A stretch of DNA of 64,000 bases, taken from an uncultured Candidatus Saccharibacteria bacterium. GTDB taxonomy: Bacteria > Patescibacteriota > Minisyncoccia > Phycocordibacterales > DATDWN01. Both the position numbers and the translations under genes were made by a program. The notes beneath the pieces were generated by a model, which saw nothing but the letters and a program-made list of their open reading frames with translations, was not told the DNA's origin and made no database searches. Shown one piece after another: positions 1 to 9,621 of this stretch. How positions within the stretch are numbered: position 1 is the first letter of the stretch; each line of letters starts with the position of its first letter. The stretch is taken from the NCBI GenBank assembly GCA_964426735.1, contig CAYRRP010000001.1:75923-139922 (forward strand), written 5' to 3'.

Positions 1-48
1 GGAAGTATGTTTGGCGGAAAGTCAGCTCTTGTTGATCTAGGAAGATAA

Positions 49-1584
49 TCAAATCGCGTCAAACTTTGGAGCATTCCGTATAGAGTTCCTTTTCTCGATG
101 ATTCCTAGTTTCTCTCTACTACTTAAGTGATTGAGATCACGGTCATCTCTTGGTGGAAATACACCAAATGATACCGACCTATGATTATTCTCAATAACTT
201 TAGAAAGTAATATGGAAAAAGCATCAGCTAAGTCATCGTGTCTTTCCGAACCAAAACCAGTTAGTTGATTAATAAGTTGCTCTACTCCACTTTTAGGAAA
301 CAACACTTGACCACTTTCTATAAGAAAACTAACAGCACTCAATCTGTCATATTTGTCTCCCACAGAACGCACACCTACTACATTACAATTTTCTTTTTTG
401 AGATGTTCAATAATCGAAGCTTGATATCCGTTAGTTTCAACAAAGAGCTTGGGTCTATTAAGTACAGATGATATCATCTTAGCTTGCTCAATAGTTTCAA
501 GAGAAGTCAGTCGTTTGTTAACGATATTTGGTAGGATATATATTCTCAAGTTCTGTCCTCTACCTTGAACGATAGCAGGTATCATAGCAGTGTAGTCTGC
601 ACTATCTTTCAGTGATATAGCTAAATCAATACCAACTGCTCTATATGTATGGAAGTTATCAGGTGGAAGTACATCATATGATTGTATCCACCCTCTTTGA
701 ATAACCTGATCTTCTCTCTCAACAATTTGGAGTAGATATTCTCTCTGCCAAGCTAAAAGATTAAAGCATTTTGCTTTTTCCATTTGTATATCGTCATCAT
801 TTTGAAACTTGCCAGACCATAGAGGTATATTATTCTCATCAACAATAGGATATTCTCTAAAAATACTTTTTGAATTGTTATTTTCAAAGATACCCTTAAG
901 TCTCATGAGTAGAGAATCTTGGTGCAGTGGTGTACCAATGAAAATCATCCTTGTGTCTTTATCGCCAGCAGGTAACACATCACCCGTCAGCCACTCAAAC
1001 AGTTTATCTCTACTCTCTTGTGTTTTAACTGATTCAGAATCCTCTAGGTCGTCGCAAACAATTACATCGGGTCTATGTTGGTTGTGTCGTATACCTCTCA
1101 CACTTTGTTCTACTGACCCAATTGAGATTCTTGCTCCGTATTGAAGCAAGATGAGTGATTGAGCACCCCATTGGTTGTTCTCTTCCTTAAACGGACCAAG
1201 ATCACGACGTAGTTCATCGTTTTGCTCCAGTTCTTTCTTAATATTCATCAAGTGATTTTGAGCTTTACTCTGTGTCTTTCCGAGAATTAAGGGAAACTTC
1301 TTTTGTTGTTCTCCAAGTATAGACCAAATAACATATGACATAGTCACAATGGTACTCTTAGCACTTCCTCTAAAGGCAGTAATGACAAGATTTTGTATAT
1401 CCATATCTTCCGTTAACTGAAATATTTCTCTTTGAAAATCAGCAGTTCTGTATTTAACATAGTGTCTACCAAAGTAGTAGTGGAAAAACCAATAATGGCT
1501 TTTGCGAACCATTGCTACTCGAAAGGCTTTATCCTTTATCATTCTCTCTATTATCTTCTCCTCATCAGGATTTAGATTTGTCAT
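49..1584 (-). CDS. Phage terminase large subunit
   Basis: Walker A AFRGSAKST, Walker B VIVCDDLE, IGTPLH coupling motif, RNase H-like VGIDLA and HDDLADA. Confidence 0.85.
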   Translation of the reverse strand: MTNLNPDEEKIIERMIKDKAFRVAMVRKSHYWFFHYYFGRHYVKYRTADFQREIFQLTEDMDIQNLVITAFRGSAKSTIVTMSYVIWSILGEQQKKFPLILGKTQSKAQNHLMNIKKELEQNDELRRDLGPFKEENNQWGAQSLILLQYGARISIGSVEQSVRGIRHNQHRPDVIVCDDLEDSESVKTQESRDKLFEWLTGDVLPAGDKDTRMIFIGTPLHQDSLLMRLKGIFENNNSKSIFREYPIVDENNIPLWSGKFQNDDDIQMEKAKCFNLLAWQREYLLQIVEREDQVIQRGWIQSYDVLPPDNFHTYRAVGIDLAISLKDSADYTAMIPAIVQGRGQNLRIYILPNIVNKRLTSLETIEQAKMISSVLNRPKLFVETNGYQASIIEHLKKENCNVVGVRSVGDKYDRLSAVSFLIESGQVLFPKSGVEQLINQLTGFGSERHDDLADAFSILLSKVIENNHRSVSFGVFPPRDDRDLNHLSSREKLGIIEKRNSIRNAPKFDAI

Positions 1585-1966
1585 GGTTTTGTGGAGGCAT
1601 AGCCAAAAGCAGAGCTTTCTTAATTAAGTCCTCTTGCTCTGGAGAGAGTGGTGCGTTCTGATTTTCCAGTTTTACTGTAGCTTCGACCTTTTCTCTGAAT
1701 TTAGGATTTCTGTGTCTTAACCAAAAACTGATAGCGTTCCAGTTTCTATCCTTAATGAGAGATAGAAGTTGATTCTCACTCATGTCATTAACCAAGGCTT
1801 CACCTTCAGACAAGGCAAGTTCCATTTCGTCTAGAAACTTTGGATCTTCCTTACGCCAACGGTAGATACTGTTTCTAGAGATATTTGTTTTCTCACATGC
1901 TACCTGAACTATGGGGATTTTACGGAGTTGTTCGAGGAAAGTATTCTTGATTTTATTCTTCTTCAT
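1565..1966 (-). CDS. Terminase small subunit-like HTH protein
   Basis: HTH (ACEKTNISRNSIYRWRK), AISFWLR motif, position directly upstream of TerL. Confidence 0.65.
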   Translation of the reverse strand: MKKNKIKNTFLEQLRKIPIVQVACEKTNISRNSIYRWRKEDPKFLDEMELALSEGEALVNDMSENQLLSLIKDRNWNAISFWLRHRNPKFREKVEATVKLENQNAPLSPEQEDLIKKALLLAMPPQNHDKSKS

Positions 1967-3233
1967 ATTTGTGAATTATCTTAGCTTTCTTTCCTGTAAG
2001 TAACTCAAATCGTTTGATAGCTAAATCACAAAATCGTGGTTCAAGTTCCACTGCATATACTCGTCGCTTTAACTGTTCCGCACATATCATAGTGCTAGAT
2101 GATCCAGCAAAGGAATCAAGAATGATGTCGCCAGGTTTAGTACACCGTCTAATCGCTTTCTCATGGAGCTTAGGGGGTTTACTCGTCGCATGCTCGTATT
2201 CTTTACCAGACAGTCGTTTTACAAACCACAAGTCCAAATGATCCAATGCTTCAGTTAGAAGATTGTTTCCAGTTGTGATTTCTTTGTTCATTACCTCATT
2301 AAGGTTCTGAATGTTTTTAGTAATGTATGGTTTGCCACGAACTCCGTATGTACATGGCTCGTAGCATTTGTTGAATGCCACAGTCGGTACTGGGTTCTGT
2401 GAGTTTTTGACCCACAAACAGACTCGTTTGTTTTCAATACCAAGTTCACGGTATATATCTTGGACGAATCCAATATATATTTGGTCCGACCAATAGAAGA
2501 TATGAGTATCTGGTTTAGATACAGACAGAGCATTAACCATGCTTTTTCTCAAGAACTCTTTGTATTCGACGTCTGTTCTGTTGTCGTTTACATTTCCACC
2601 ATAATTTTGTTTACCACCAATACCTCCGTTGTAATTGATTTTGATATTGTATACAGGATCGCTGTAAATCATTGACGCTTTCTCTTTGCCGAATAATTTC
2701 TTGAGAGAAGTTTGGTCTAATGAATCACCACAATAAAGCTTGTGACCTCCCATGAAAATCATATCTCCAAGTTTAGTTTTTGGTTTGGTGATTTTCTTGA
2801 GTTCAGCATCAACATCAAACTGATCATCTTCTGCTTCAAGGTTCTCCGACCAGATATCTTGGAGTTCATTCTTATCAAATCCAATATCAGTGAGTGTATC
2901 CATATCAAAGGATTTTAGTCCTTCAAAATCCCACTCACCATCGTTAGTGTTACTTTCGAGAGCGATTTTGTTTCTCTCGTCTTTGGTTAACTTGCGATTA
3001 GGAATGAGAACAGTAACTTCTTGTATACCAAGTTCAGTTAATGCTTTCTTTCTCTGGTTTCCCGAAAGTACTGTCCCATCTGTATCAATTTTGATGACAT
3101 CATGGAAACCACGTTGTTTGATACGATCCTTCAATTTCTCAAATGCTTCTTTAGTAATTTTCCTCGGATTGTTTCTCCAAGCTTTTAGAGACTTAACGCT
3201 CCGTTTTTCGGAACGCCATATTAATTTAGTCAT
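1953..3233 (-). CDS. ParB-N domain / N6-N4 DNA methyltransferase fusion
   Basis: NNPRK and LSGNQR ParB motifs; SDPVY (DPPY-like), HATSKP, ILDSFAGSSST, VELEPRFCD. Confidence 0.85.
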   Translation of the reverse strand: MTKLIWRSEKRSVKSLKAWRNNPRKITKEAFEKLKDRIKQRGFHDVIKIDTDGTVLSGNQRKKALTELGIQEVTVLIPNRKLTKDERNKIALESNTNDGEWDFEGLKSFDMDTLTDIGFDKNELQDIWSENLEAEDDQFDVDAELKKITKPKTKLGDMIFMGGHKLYCGDSLDQTSLKKLFGKEKASMIYSDPVYNIKINYNGGIGGKQNYGGNVNDNRTDVEYKEFLRKSMVNALSVSKPDTHIFYWSDQIYIGFVQDIYRELGIENKRVCLWVKNSQNPVPTVAFNKCYEPCTYGVRGKPYITKNIQNLNEVMNKEITTGNNLLTEALDHLDLWFVKRLSGKEYEHATSKPPKLHEKAIRRCTKPGDIILDSFAGSSSTMICAEQLKRRVYAVELEPRFCDLAIKRFELLTGKKAKIIHKYEEE

Positions 3234-3290
3234 GTTGTTTTAAGTTAGAACTGTTAAAACAATTTAGGTCTCAGTTTAGGTGCAAACAAA

Positions 3291-3425
3291 AAACGGCACG
3301 AAATAGCGAGTTTAGATCAAATCTCGACCGATCTAAAACTCACACAATTTAGGTACCGTTTAGTTCCAGTTAGTTTCTTGCTATTACAAGTACCTGTAGT
3401 ATAGCTCTATGTGGGGAGGGGTCAA
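3291..3425 (-). promoter_or_regulatory. Promoter (TTGACC-16-TATACT) and structured 5' leader of the methylase-terminase operon
   Basis: -35 at 3420-3425, -10 at 3398-3403; nested inverted repeats aaacggcac/gtaccgttt and gagtttagatc/gatctaaaactc. Confidence 0.5.
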
Positions 3426-3489
3426 GTGGATAACTTTTATTAAATAGACCATTTCGTTATACAAGTCTTTAAAATGGTAAAATAGGCTT

Positions 3490-4797
3490 ATGTCGTCATT
3501 AGGACCAACGATCATTTTCGATAAGTCAGTACTTCAATCACTTAGTGAAGATGAGTCTGTTTGGCTTGATGCTTTTTATCATTCAATAATTACACCCCTA
3601 TTTTATGTGGAAACTCTAGCCGATTTGGCTAAGAAATCTGAATTAAGACCTGCGGAAGATACTGTTCGCATGATTGCAAACAAAGTACCTGAAATGGGTT
3701 CTAGCCCAAATACTCATCACAGAGAACTGGTAGTCGGTAATCTGTTGGGATATGAAGTTAGTAATTCTAGAAGACCAATTCTTAGCGGAGGTAAGAGATA
3801 TACCATGAATAATAAGATCGGTGTCGTTTTTGATGAACCTCCAGAAACTAAAGCTTTTCAACGCTGGCAAAAACAAGAGTTTAATGAACTTGAAAGAGAG
3901 ATTGCTTCACTATGGAGGCAAGCTCTTGCAGAATTTGACTATGATTATTATTTTAATTTAATCAGAGAAATTACTGGTTCAACATTTACAAAACCAAAAA
4001 ATATTGAGGAAGCATACGATATGGCTTCAAAGATAGTTCGTGGAGAAGGTGACAGGTATAAATTATTGATAATGGCTAGAAATTTATTCAACATAAGCGA
4101 TGCAGGTTTCAGAGAAATATTGAAAGGATGGAATAAAAGTGGAATGCTTTCTATAAGCCAATTCGCTCCATATGCGAGTCATGTATTAAAAGTTGATATC
4201 TTTTTTATATTATGTACTAGTTCAAGTCTCATTTCTAGAGATAGAAAAAGTAACAGAGCAGATATGGCTTATTTGTATTATCTACCATTCGCCAATATTT
4301 TTACTTCAAGCGACAATTTACACAAAAGAGTCACACCGTTATTTTTAGAATCAGATCAAAGATTTATTTATGGTCCTGATTTAAAAAAGGATTTATCAGA
4401 ATTAGATGAGCACTTTTTTAAATTAAAAACCGATGATGAAAAAAGAGGTGGGGTTTTTGGTTTTGCCTGGTATCCTCCAGACAACAGTAGATTTTTAACT
4501 ACTCAGATGTGGGACAACATGAGACCTAACTGGAGATTGAGTGATAATCCAATGAGACAAGAAAAAATAAAGCCTAAAAATCAAAAGGTTCCAGATGGAT
4601 TAAAGGAGCACATTAAGAATGCTTATGAACAAATAAAGGCACAAAAAGGGACTCCAGTCTCTCCAGAGTTTGACCTTGAGGAAGCAAATGATGTAATTGT
4701 AAAAAGGACGGTTAGGGGGAGAAAAGGTAAATGGCAACTATTTTCAGATGAGATGATGAACTCTAAAGAGAGACTAATGGATGATGATGCAGATTAG
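3490..4797 (+). CDS. Hypothetical protein, PIN-like nuclease fold suspected
   Basis: IIFDKS, VETLAD, ADMAYL, FTSSD acidic pattern resembling the PIN D/E/D/TxD active site. Confidence 0.55.
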   Translation: MSSLGPTIIFDKSVLQSLSEDESVWLDAFYHSIITPLFYVETLADLAKKSELRPAEDTVRMIANKVPEMGSSPNTHHRELVVGNLLGYEVSNSRRPILSGGKRYTMNNKIGVVFDEPPETKAFQRWQKQEFNELEREIASLWRQALAEFDYDYYFNLIREITGSTFTKPKNIEEAYDMASKIVRGEGDRYKLLIMARNLFNISDAGFREILKGWNKSGMLSISQFAPYASHVLKVDIFFILCTSSSLISRDRKSNRADMAYLYYLPFANIFTSSDNLHKRVTPLFLESDQRFIYGPDLKKDLSELDEHFFKLKTDDEKRGGVFGFAWYPPDNSRFLTTQMWDNMRPNWRLSDNPMRQEKIKPKNQKVPDGLKEHIKNAYEQIKAQKGTPVSPEFDLEEANDVIVKRTVRGRKGKWQLFSDEMMNSKERLMDDDAD

Positions 4798-4841
4798 TTA
4801 TTTGCGTTAGTCTATTTTTTCACTAATATACAAATATAACG

Positions 4842-5786
4842 ATGAAAAAGTATGAAGATATATTTGTGTCCACACCTAAACCCTTTCAAGAAATTGGGAG
4901 TAATTTTGTTATTTCTGGATTAGTTCCAGTCTCTTGGTTAAAAGATGAGTTTGGAACTTTTGATAATCGGTTATTTTTAGATCTAATTGATATTGATGGT
5001 ATAGCTTTTAGTTGTGACACAATCTTTCTTCCGAGAATTAACTGGTTATGGAGATTATTAAGGAAAGTACCGTTTGATGCTAATGTCCAGTTTAACCAAT
5101 TTAACCTCGGCTTCTTAGAAAAATCTCAAGGAAGAGTTACTATTAAAATTTCAGCAAAGATGGAGGATGATAAATCTGTTTATATACCACTAATCATTAA
5201 GGAGTTAGAGCCAGAAAATGGAGTAGATCTTGAAGTACTAGAAAAACATAAAACTGTCGGTAGTAGGATAAAGCAGTATAAACAAGATTTAAAAGATTAT
5301 TACAGACAACTTGAAGAAATCAGAAAAAGACGTGAAGTTAAAGATAATATTTTTGATGATGCAGAATCAAATAAATTTTCATACTCAGGAGACCTAAATT
5401 TTGCTCATGAAATTTTGAACATTTTAAATCAATCAGAAGAAAATTTCGAAGAGTATCTTTATAGTGAGGAGGACAAAGAAGAACAAAAGTTAGAGGAGAA
5501 ATATAAAGATGCAATTGCGTGGAGGGGACCACTTTTTCGTGGACTGGTTGCAAAATTTGGTCCATTTGAAATGAGAGTCTATAGTAATGACCATGATAAA
5601 CATTTCCATGTAATACATAAAAGTAAGGGCGTGAACGCAAGATTTTCTTTTCCTCAAATTGAACTGATGAACTATAAAAAATCTAGAAATACCATTGGAA
5701 GTAAAGAATTAAAAAAAATTTGTGAGTTTTGTAAACGACCAGAAATTTTTGAAAGATTAGAAAAAGAATTCAGTAAGAGACAATAA
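4842..5786 (+). CDS. Ig-like N-domain, coiled coil and C-terminal DUF4160 (HicA-like) domain protein
   Basis: C-terminal MRVYSNDHDKHFHV...ARF resembles DUF4160; N-terminus resembles the Gmad2-like protein at 30297. Confidence 0.55.
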   Translation: MKKYEDIFVSTPKPFQEIGSNFVISGLVPVSWLKDEFGTFDNRLFLDLIDIDGIAFSCDTIFLPRINWLWRLLRKVPFDANVQFNQFNLGFLEKSQGRVTIKISAKMEDDKSVYIPLIIKELEPENGVDLEVLEKHKTVGSRIKQYKQDLKDYYRQLEEIRKRREVKDNIFDDAESNKFSYSGDLNFAHEILNILNQSEENFEEYLYSEEDKEEQKLEEKYKDAIAWRGPLFRGLVAKFGPFEMRVYSNDHDKHFHVIHKSKGVNARFSFPQIELMNYKKSRNTIGSKELKKICEFCKRPEIFERLEKEFSKRQ

Positions 5787-5824
5787 CGAGATTTATAAGT
5801 AAAGTGAAGTGATGATTGTCTGTA

Positions 5825-6130
5825 CTACCAACTTCTATTCCACCATGATCCGAATTTTCCAAAAAGAAGTAGGAAGAATCCCAGTATACTAATAGAAAGA
5901 CCCATGCCAGTCTTTGGATCACTAAACCCTAAAACTGAAAGCCATGCTAGAAAGTAATATCCTCCACCTATGAACATGAGCCAACCAAGAGCTATAGTGA
6001 CTTTCCACTTTTTTGATACTGTCTGAGCGCCGTCTACTCTAACAGTTGTTTTTGAATTACCAATTCCAAACAATGATAAAATCCATCCAGAGATGACTGC
6101 TATCACAATTCCACTAAGTATCTGATTCAT
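5825..6130 (-). CDS. Small membrane protein (3 TM)
   Basis: ORF with three hydrophobic stretches. Confidence 0.6.
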   Translation of the reverse strand: MNQILSGIVIAVISGWILSLFGIGNSKTTVRVDGAQTVSKKWKVTIALGWLMFIGGGYYFLAWLSVLGFSDPKTGMGLSISILGFFLLLFGKFGSWWNRSW

Positions 6131-6404
6131 AATAAGCAAAGAATACCGAGAGGGTGGTAAAAAGTAAAGTGACAGTCAGAAGTCTCTTTCAAGTGTCACT
6201 TTTGTCACTATTTGAAAAAATCAGTGTGCTCAAGACCCGTCGATATGATATTGTTAAATTAGCTAAATCCACCAATCTGGGCTTGACCGACCACGGTTCT
6301 AGCTCGAGTCGGCCAGCCAAGTCGAGCACAGCACGAGTTGTGTTATTTGTCAACAGCACTCGAGCGCTCAAGTTGCGTCGTCAATTTAATTTTTATTGAA
6401 CTTT

Positions 6405-7187
6405 ATGGAATCACTAAATAAAGCAATTGAGAACCTAAAGCTAAATAACGATGTAGACGCAGTTTTTCTCACAGGTTCGAACGCTATAAACCAATCAAAA
6501 TCATACAGTGATATTGATTTGGTGGTTATTCTGAAAGAAAACAAAAATAGTCTATATTCTCTATACAAATGGATTGATGGTATTTTTGCTGAAATTTTCT
6601 TTTTTGATTTGTCAGATATGCAAAGAATTGCTTCAGCAACAAACATTGATTCTGATAATTTCGATGCAATATTGTTTGATTGGATAAAAAAATCAAATAT
6701 ATATTTTGATAAATCTGGATTGGTTACAAATTTGAAATTGAAAGCTTTAGAAGTTGATACTTCACATGTTTCTGAAAAATCCAAAAAAGGTTATTGGCAA
6801 AGAATAAATCACAATTATATTGCTGATAAAAGATATTTTGATTCTGGAGATCAAATTTACCATGAAGCTCTGGAAATGAAATTATTCTATAGCATGGAAC
6901 AAGTTACCTGTGCTTATTTTACTCTACGAGATATACCGTGGAGAGGAGAGAAAAACGCTATTTTGTATATGAAAGAAAATGCAAAAGATTTTTACGAATT
7001 GTTTCAAAGCTATACTTCTGCAGTAACTCTACATGAAAGATTTAAGGCATATTCAGAAATGGTTGATTTGGTTTTTACCGATGAATATAAAAAATGGACA
7101 AAGGAGAATGAAATAATTCTTAAAAAAGATTTTTCTGTTGCAGAAAAGGATGATCTTGTTTCTATTTATGTAAAATCATTATTTTAA
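6405..7187 (+). CDS. Nucleotidyltransferase (Pol-beta-like) domain protein
   Basis: LTGS...SDIDLVV motif. Confidence 0.8.
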   Translation: MESLNKAIENLKLNNDVDAVFLTGSNAINQSKSYSDIDLVVILKENKNSLYSLYKWIDGIFAEIFFFDLSDMQRIASATNIDSDNFDAILFDWIKKSNIYFDKSGLVTNLKLKALEVDTSHVSEKSKKGYWQRINHNYIADKRYFDSGDQIYHEALEMKLFYSMEQVTCAYFTLRDIPWRGEKNAILYMKENAKDFYELFQSYTSAVTLHERFKAYSEMVDLVFTDEYKKWTKENEIILKKDFSVAEKDDLVSIYVKSLF

Positions 7188-7195
7188 AAAATAAC

Positions 7196-7678
7196 ATGCA
7201 AATAAAATCACAATTCACTGATAATGGGAATATAGCACAAGTGGTATATGAGGATTGTGACTCTTTTAACCATCTTTTATCAAAAAAAGTGACACAAGTA
7301 TACGCTATCTGTTTCCTAGATGACAAAATGCTAGTTGTTCACAATAAACATGCATGGGGTTTAGTTGGTGGTGGTCTTGAACCAAACGAAACATATGAAG
7401 AATGTTTGAAAAGAGAAATAAAAGAAGAATCAAATATGAGAGTTCTTTCTTTTGCACCTGTAGGTGCCCAAGAAGTTCAATTTGATGGCAAAATAATCTA
7501 CCAACTTCGTTATGCTTGCATCATTCATCCATATGGTGATTTTGTCTCTGACCCAGACGGAGATGTATCTGAAATTAAACTAATTGATTCAAAAGATTAT
7601 AAAGAATATTTTGACTGGGGTGAAATTGGAGAAAGAATCATAGAAAGAGCACTCGAACTTAAGAATAAATTAGCTTAA
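7196..7678 (+). CDS. NUDIX hydrolase
   Basis: GGGLEPNETYEECLKREIKEE Nudix box. Confidence 0.9.
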   Translation: MQIKSQFTDNGNIAQVVYEDCDSFNHLLSKKVTQVYAICFLDDKMLVVHNKHAWGLVGGGLEPNETYEECLKREIKEESNMRVLSFAPVGAQEVQFDGKIIYQLRYACIIHPYGDFVSDPDGDVSEIKLIDSKDYKEYFDWGEIGERIIERALELKNKLA

Positions 7679-7685
7679 CAAAATC

Positions 7686-8180
7686 ATGGAAATAAAATCA
7701 CAATTTAAATCACGTAATGGAGAAATGGTTGATTACGTGTTCAGAGAAGGATTTGATCCGATGGGGGGATTAGATGGAAAAGTTCTGCAGGCTGTCCATG
7801 GTTTTTGTTTTTATGGTGACAAATTGGTAGTAGTATACGCAAATGATAAGGGGTATTGGACATTTCCAGGCGGTAGTATAGAACCCGGAGAAACATGGCA
7901 AGAAGCTACTACCCGAGAGATAAAAGAAGAATCAAATATGAAAGTGTTACATCAGGAATTGATTGGATATATCGATGTATATGAAAAAGACCGCACTATT
8001 CGACAAACCAGATCGTTTTGTATAGTTGAACCATACGGTGATTTCGTTTCTGATCCGGATGGAGATATTTCAGAAATAAAGTTGATTGACCCAAAAGACT
8101 ACGGACAGTATGTAAAATGGGGAGAAATTGGTGATCACATTGTGAAGCGAGCGATGGAAATGTTTGGAAAATATAAATAA
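7686..8180 (+). CDS. NUDIX hydrolase (paralog of 7196 and 11897)
   Basis: GGSIEPGETWQEATTREIKEE Nudix box. Confidence 0.9.
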   Translation: MEIKSQFKSRNGEMVDYVFREGFDPMGGLDGKVLQAVHGFCFYGDKLVVVYANDKGYWTFPGGSIEPGETWQEATTREIKEESNMKVLHQELIGYIDVYEKDRTIRQTRSFCIVEPYGDFVSDPDGDISEIKLIDPKDYGQYVKWGEIGDHIVKRAMEMFGKYK

Positions 8181-8184
8181 AATT

Positions 8185-8461
8185 ATGAAAGAAATTGAGA
8201 ATAATCTTATTTCAGCCCGTCAAAATATTTTGGATAAATTATTGAATTTCTTTCAAAATAAGGCTACTGAATGTCATGTTTTCGGATCCATAGCTAGAGG
8301 TGATACTGATGCATATAGCGATATGGATATTTTTTATGCTTCTTGGTTTTACATTCTCATTCACAACTCATAAAATCACTCATCCTATACACAGGATTAT
8401 TGCTGGTATAGCGGTCATTTTGTTTTTTACTTTTGTGTGGGTGATGCTGGCGACAGGATAA
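8185..8461 (+). pseudogene. Chimeric remnant: 5' part of a nucleotidyltransferase joined to the 3' part of a membrane-protein gene
   Basis: VFGSIARGDTDAYSDMDI ends abruptly; another frame 8336-8461 reads MLLGF...IIAGIAVILFFTFVWVMLATG*. Confidence 0.55.
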
Positions 8462-8518
8462 TTGGACAGTCCATTTCTGACACCACCGTCAGGTGGTGTA
8501 TAGTAAAGTAGTCTACAT

Positions 8519-9118
8519 ATGAAATCAAAAATTTTAGAACTTGCATCATTGATTCTTGACTTTGGAAAAGTAGATCGAAAGACATCTCACCAAGATGGTG
8601 TTTATCCTGAATCTGATACGGACCATACTGTCATGCTTGGTATATTGGCACCATCTATTGCCGAGCGTTTATATCCAGATCTTGATCGAGGGCTTTTGGT
8701 GCAGTTTGCACTGATTCATGACCTGGTTGAAGTGCATACGGGAGACACACCAACACTTATCGGTGTAAGTGATGCATTTTTTGCAGATAAAGAAGCTCGA
8801 GAATATGACTCACTAAAGCGTATTGAAGAAATGTTTGGACCTGTATTTCCGTGGGTACATACTACGATAGAGCATTATGAACGCTTGGATACAAAAGAAG
8901 CTCGGTTTATAAAAACACTTGATAAAATTTTGCCGAAGCTTACTGTGATATTAAACCAGGGTGCTGGGCTCAAACGTCACGGACATATTACTAAAGATGA
9001 AGTAAAAAAGACTTTTGTTATCCAGAAGAAGAAGTTGGAGGGTATTGCTCATGATATGCCAGAACTACTTGAGCTCTGGCAACACTTTATGGATAAAGAG
9101 CTCGAATTTTTGGAATGA
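8519..9118 (+). CDS. HD-domain hydrolase (YfbR/HD_3-like 5'-deoxynucleotidase)
   Basis: ESDTDHT, ALIHDLVEVHTGD, KTLDKI motifs. Confidence 0.85.
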   Translation: MKSKILELASLILDFGKVDRKTSHQDGVYPESDTDHTVMLGILAPSIAERLYPDLDRGLLVQFALIHDLVEVHTGDTPTLIGVSDAFFADKEAREYDSLKRIEEMFGPVFPWVHTTIEHYERLDTKEARFIKTLDKILPKLTVILNQGAGLKRHGHITKDEVKKTFVIQKKKLEGIAHDMPELLELWQHFMDKELEFLE

Positions 9119-9152
9119 TACAAGTAATATATTTCTGGTATACTTTTCTCAT

Positions 9153-9587
9153 ATGCAAAAAATTAAAATCGAAACAATAATCAATGCTCCAGTAGCAAAA
9201 GTTTGGGAACACTGGAATAGTCCAGAAAGCATTAAAGGGTGGGCTTTTGCCAGTGATACGTGGGAATGTCCGTATGCGGAAAATGATGTAAAAGTGGGAG
9301 GTAGATTTTTGACTCGAATGTCCGCAAAAGACGGGAGCGCTTCTTTTGATTTTACCGGTACGTACACAGAAGTTGTTCCGTTTGAAAAAATCACATACAT
9401 AATGGATAAAGCTGATACTGAAGCAGAGCATAGAGAATGCGATATTATTTTTACTGATCTTGGAGACGGTACTACAAAAATAGAAGAAGAATTTTCTCCC
9501 GAAGAAGTAAATAGTGAAGATATACAAAGAGCCGGATGGTCTGCAATACTTGAAAACTTTAAAAAGTTTGTAGAAAACAAAGCATAA
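9153..9587 (+). CDS. SRPBCC/AHA1 (START-like) domain protein
   Basis: INAPVAKVW, DVKVGGRF, QRAGWSAILENFKKFVE. Confidence 0.85.
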   Translation: MQKIKIETIINAPVAKVWEHWNSPESIKGWAFASDTWECPYAENDVKVGGRFLTRMSAKDGSASFDFTGTYTEVVPFEKITYIMDKADTEAEHRECDIIFTDLGDGTTKIEEEFSPEEVNSEDIQRAGWSAILENFKKFVENKA

Positions 9588-9621
9588 CGTATTTGATAAT
9601 ATAGTTTGCTATACTATGAGT

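Larger units (their letters stand above)
1..6390. mobile_element. End of a prophage-like integrated element (packaging/methylase operon plus divergent cargo); continues left of the window
   Basis: ParB-methylase/TerS/TerL operon on minus strand, followed by ORFan cargo; right boundary is a guess (structured GC-rich region 6150-6390). Confidence 0.5.
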
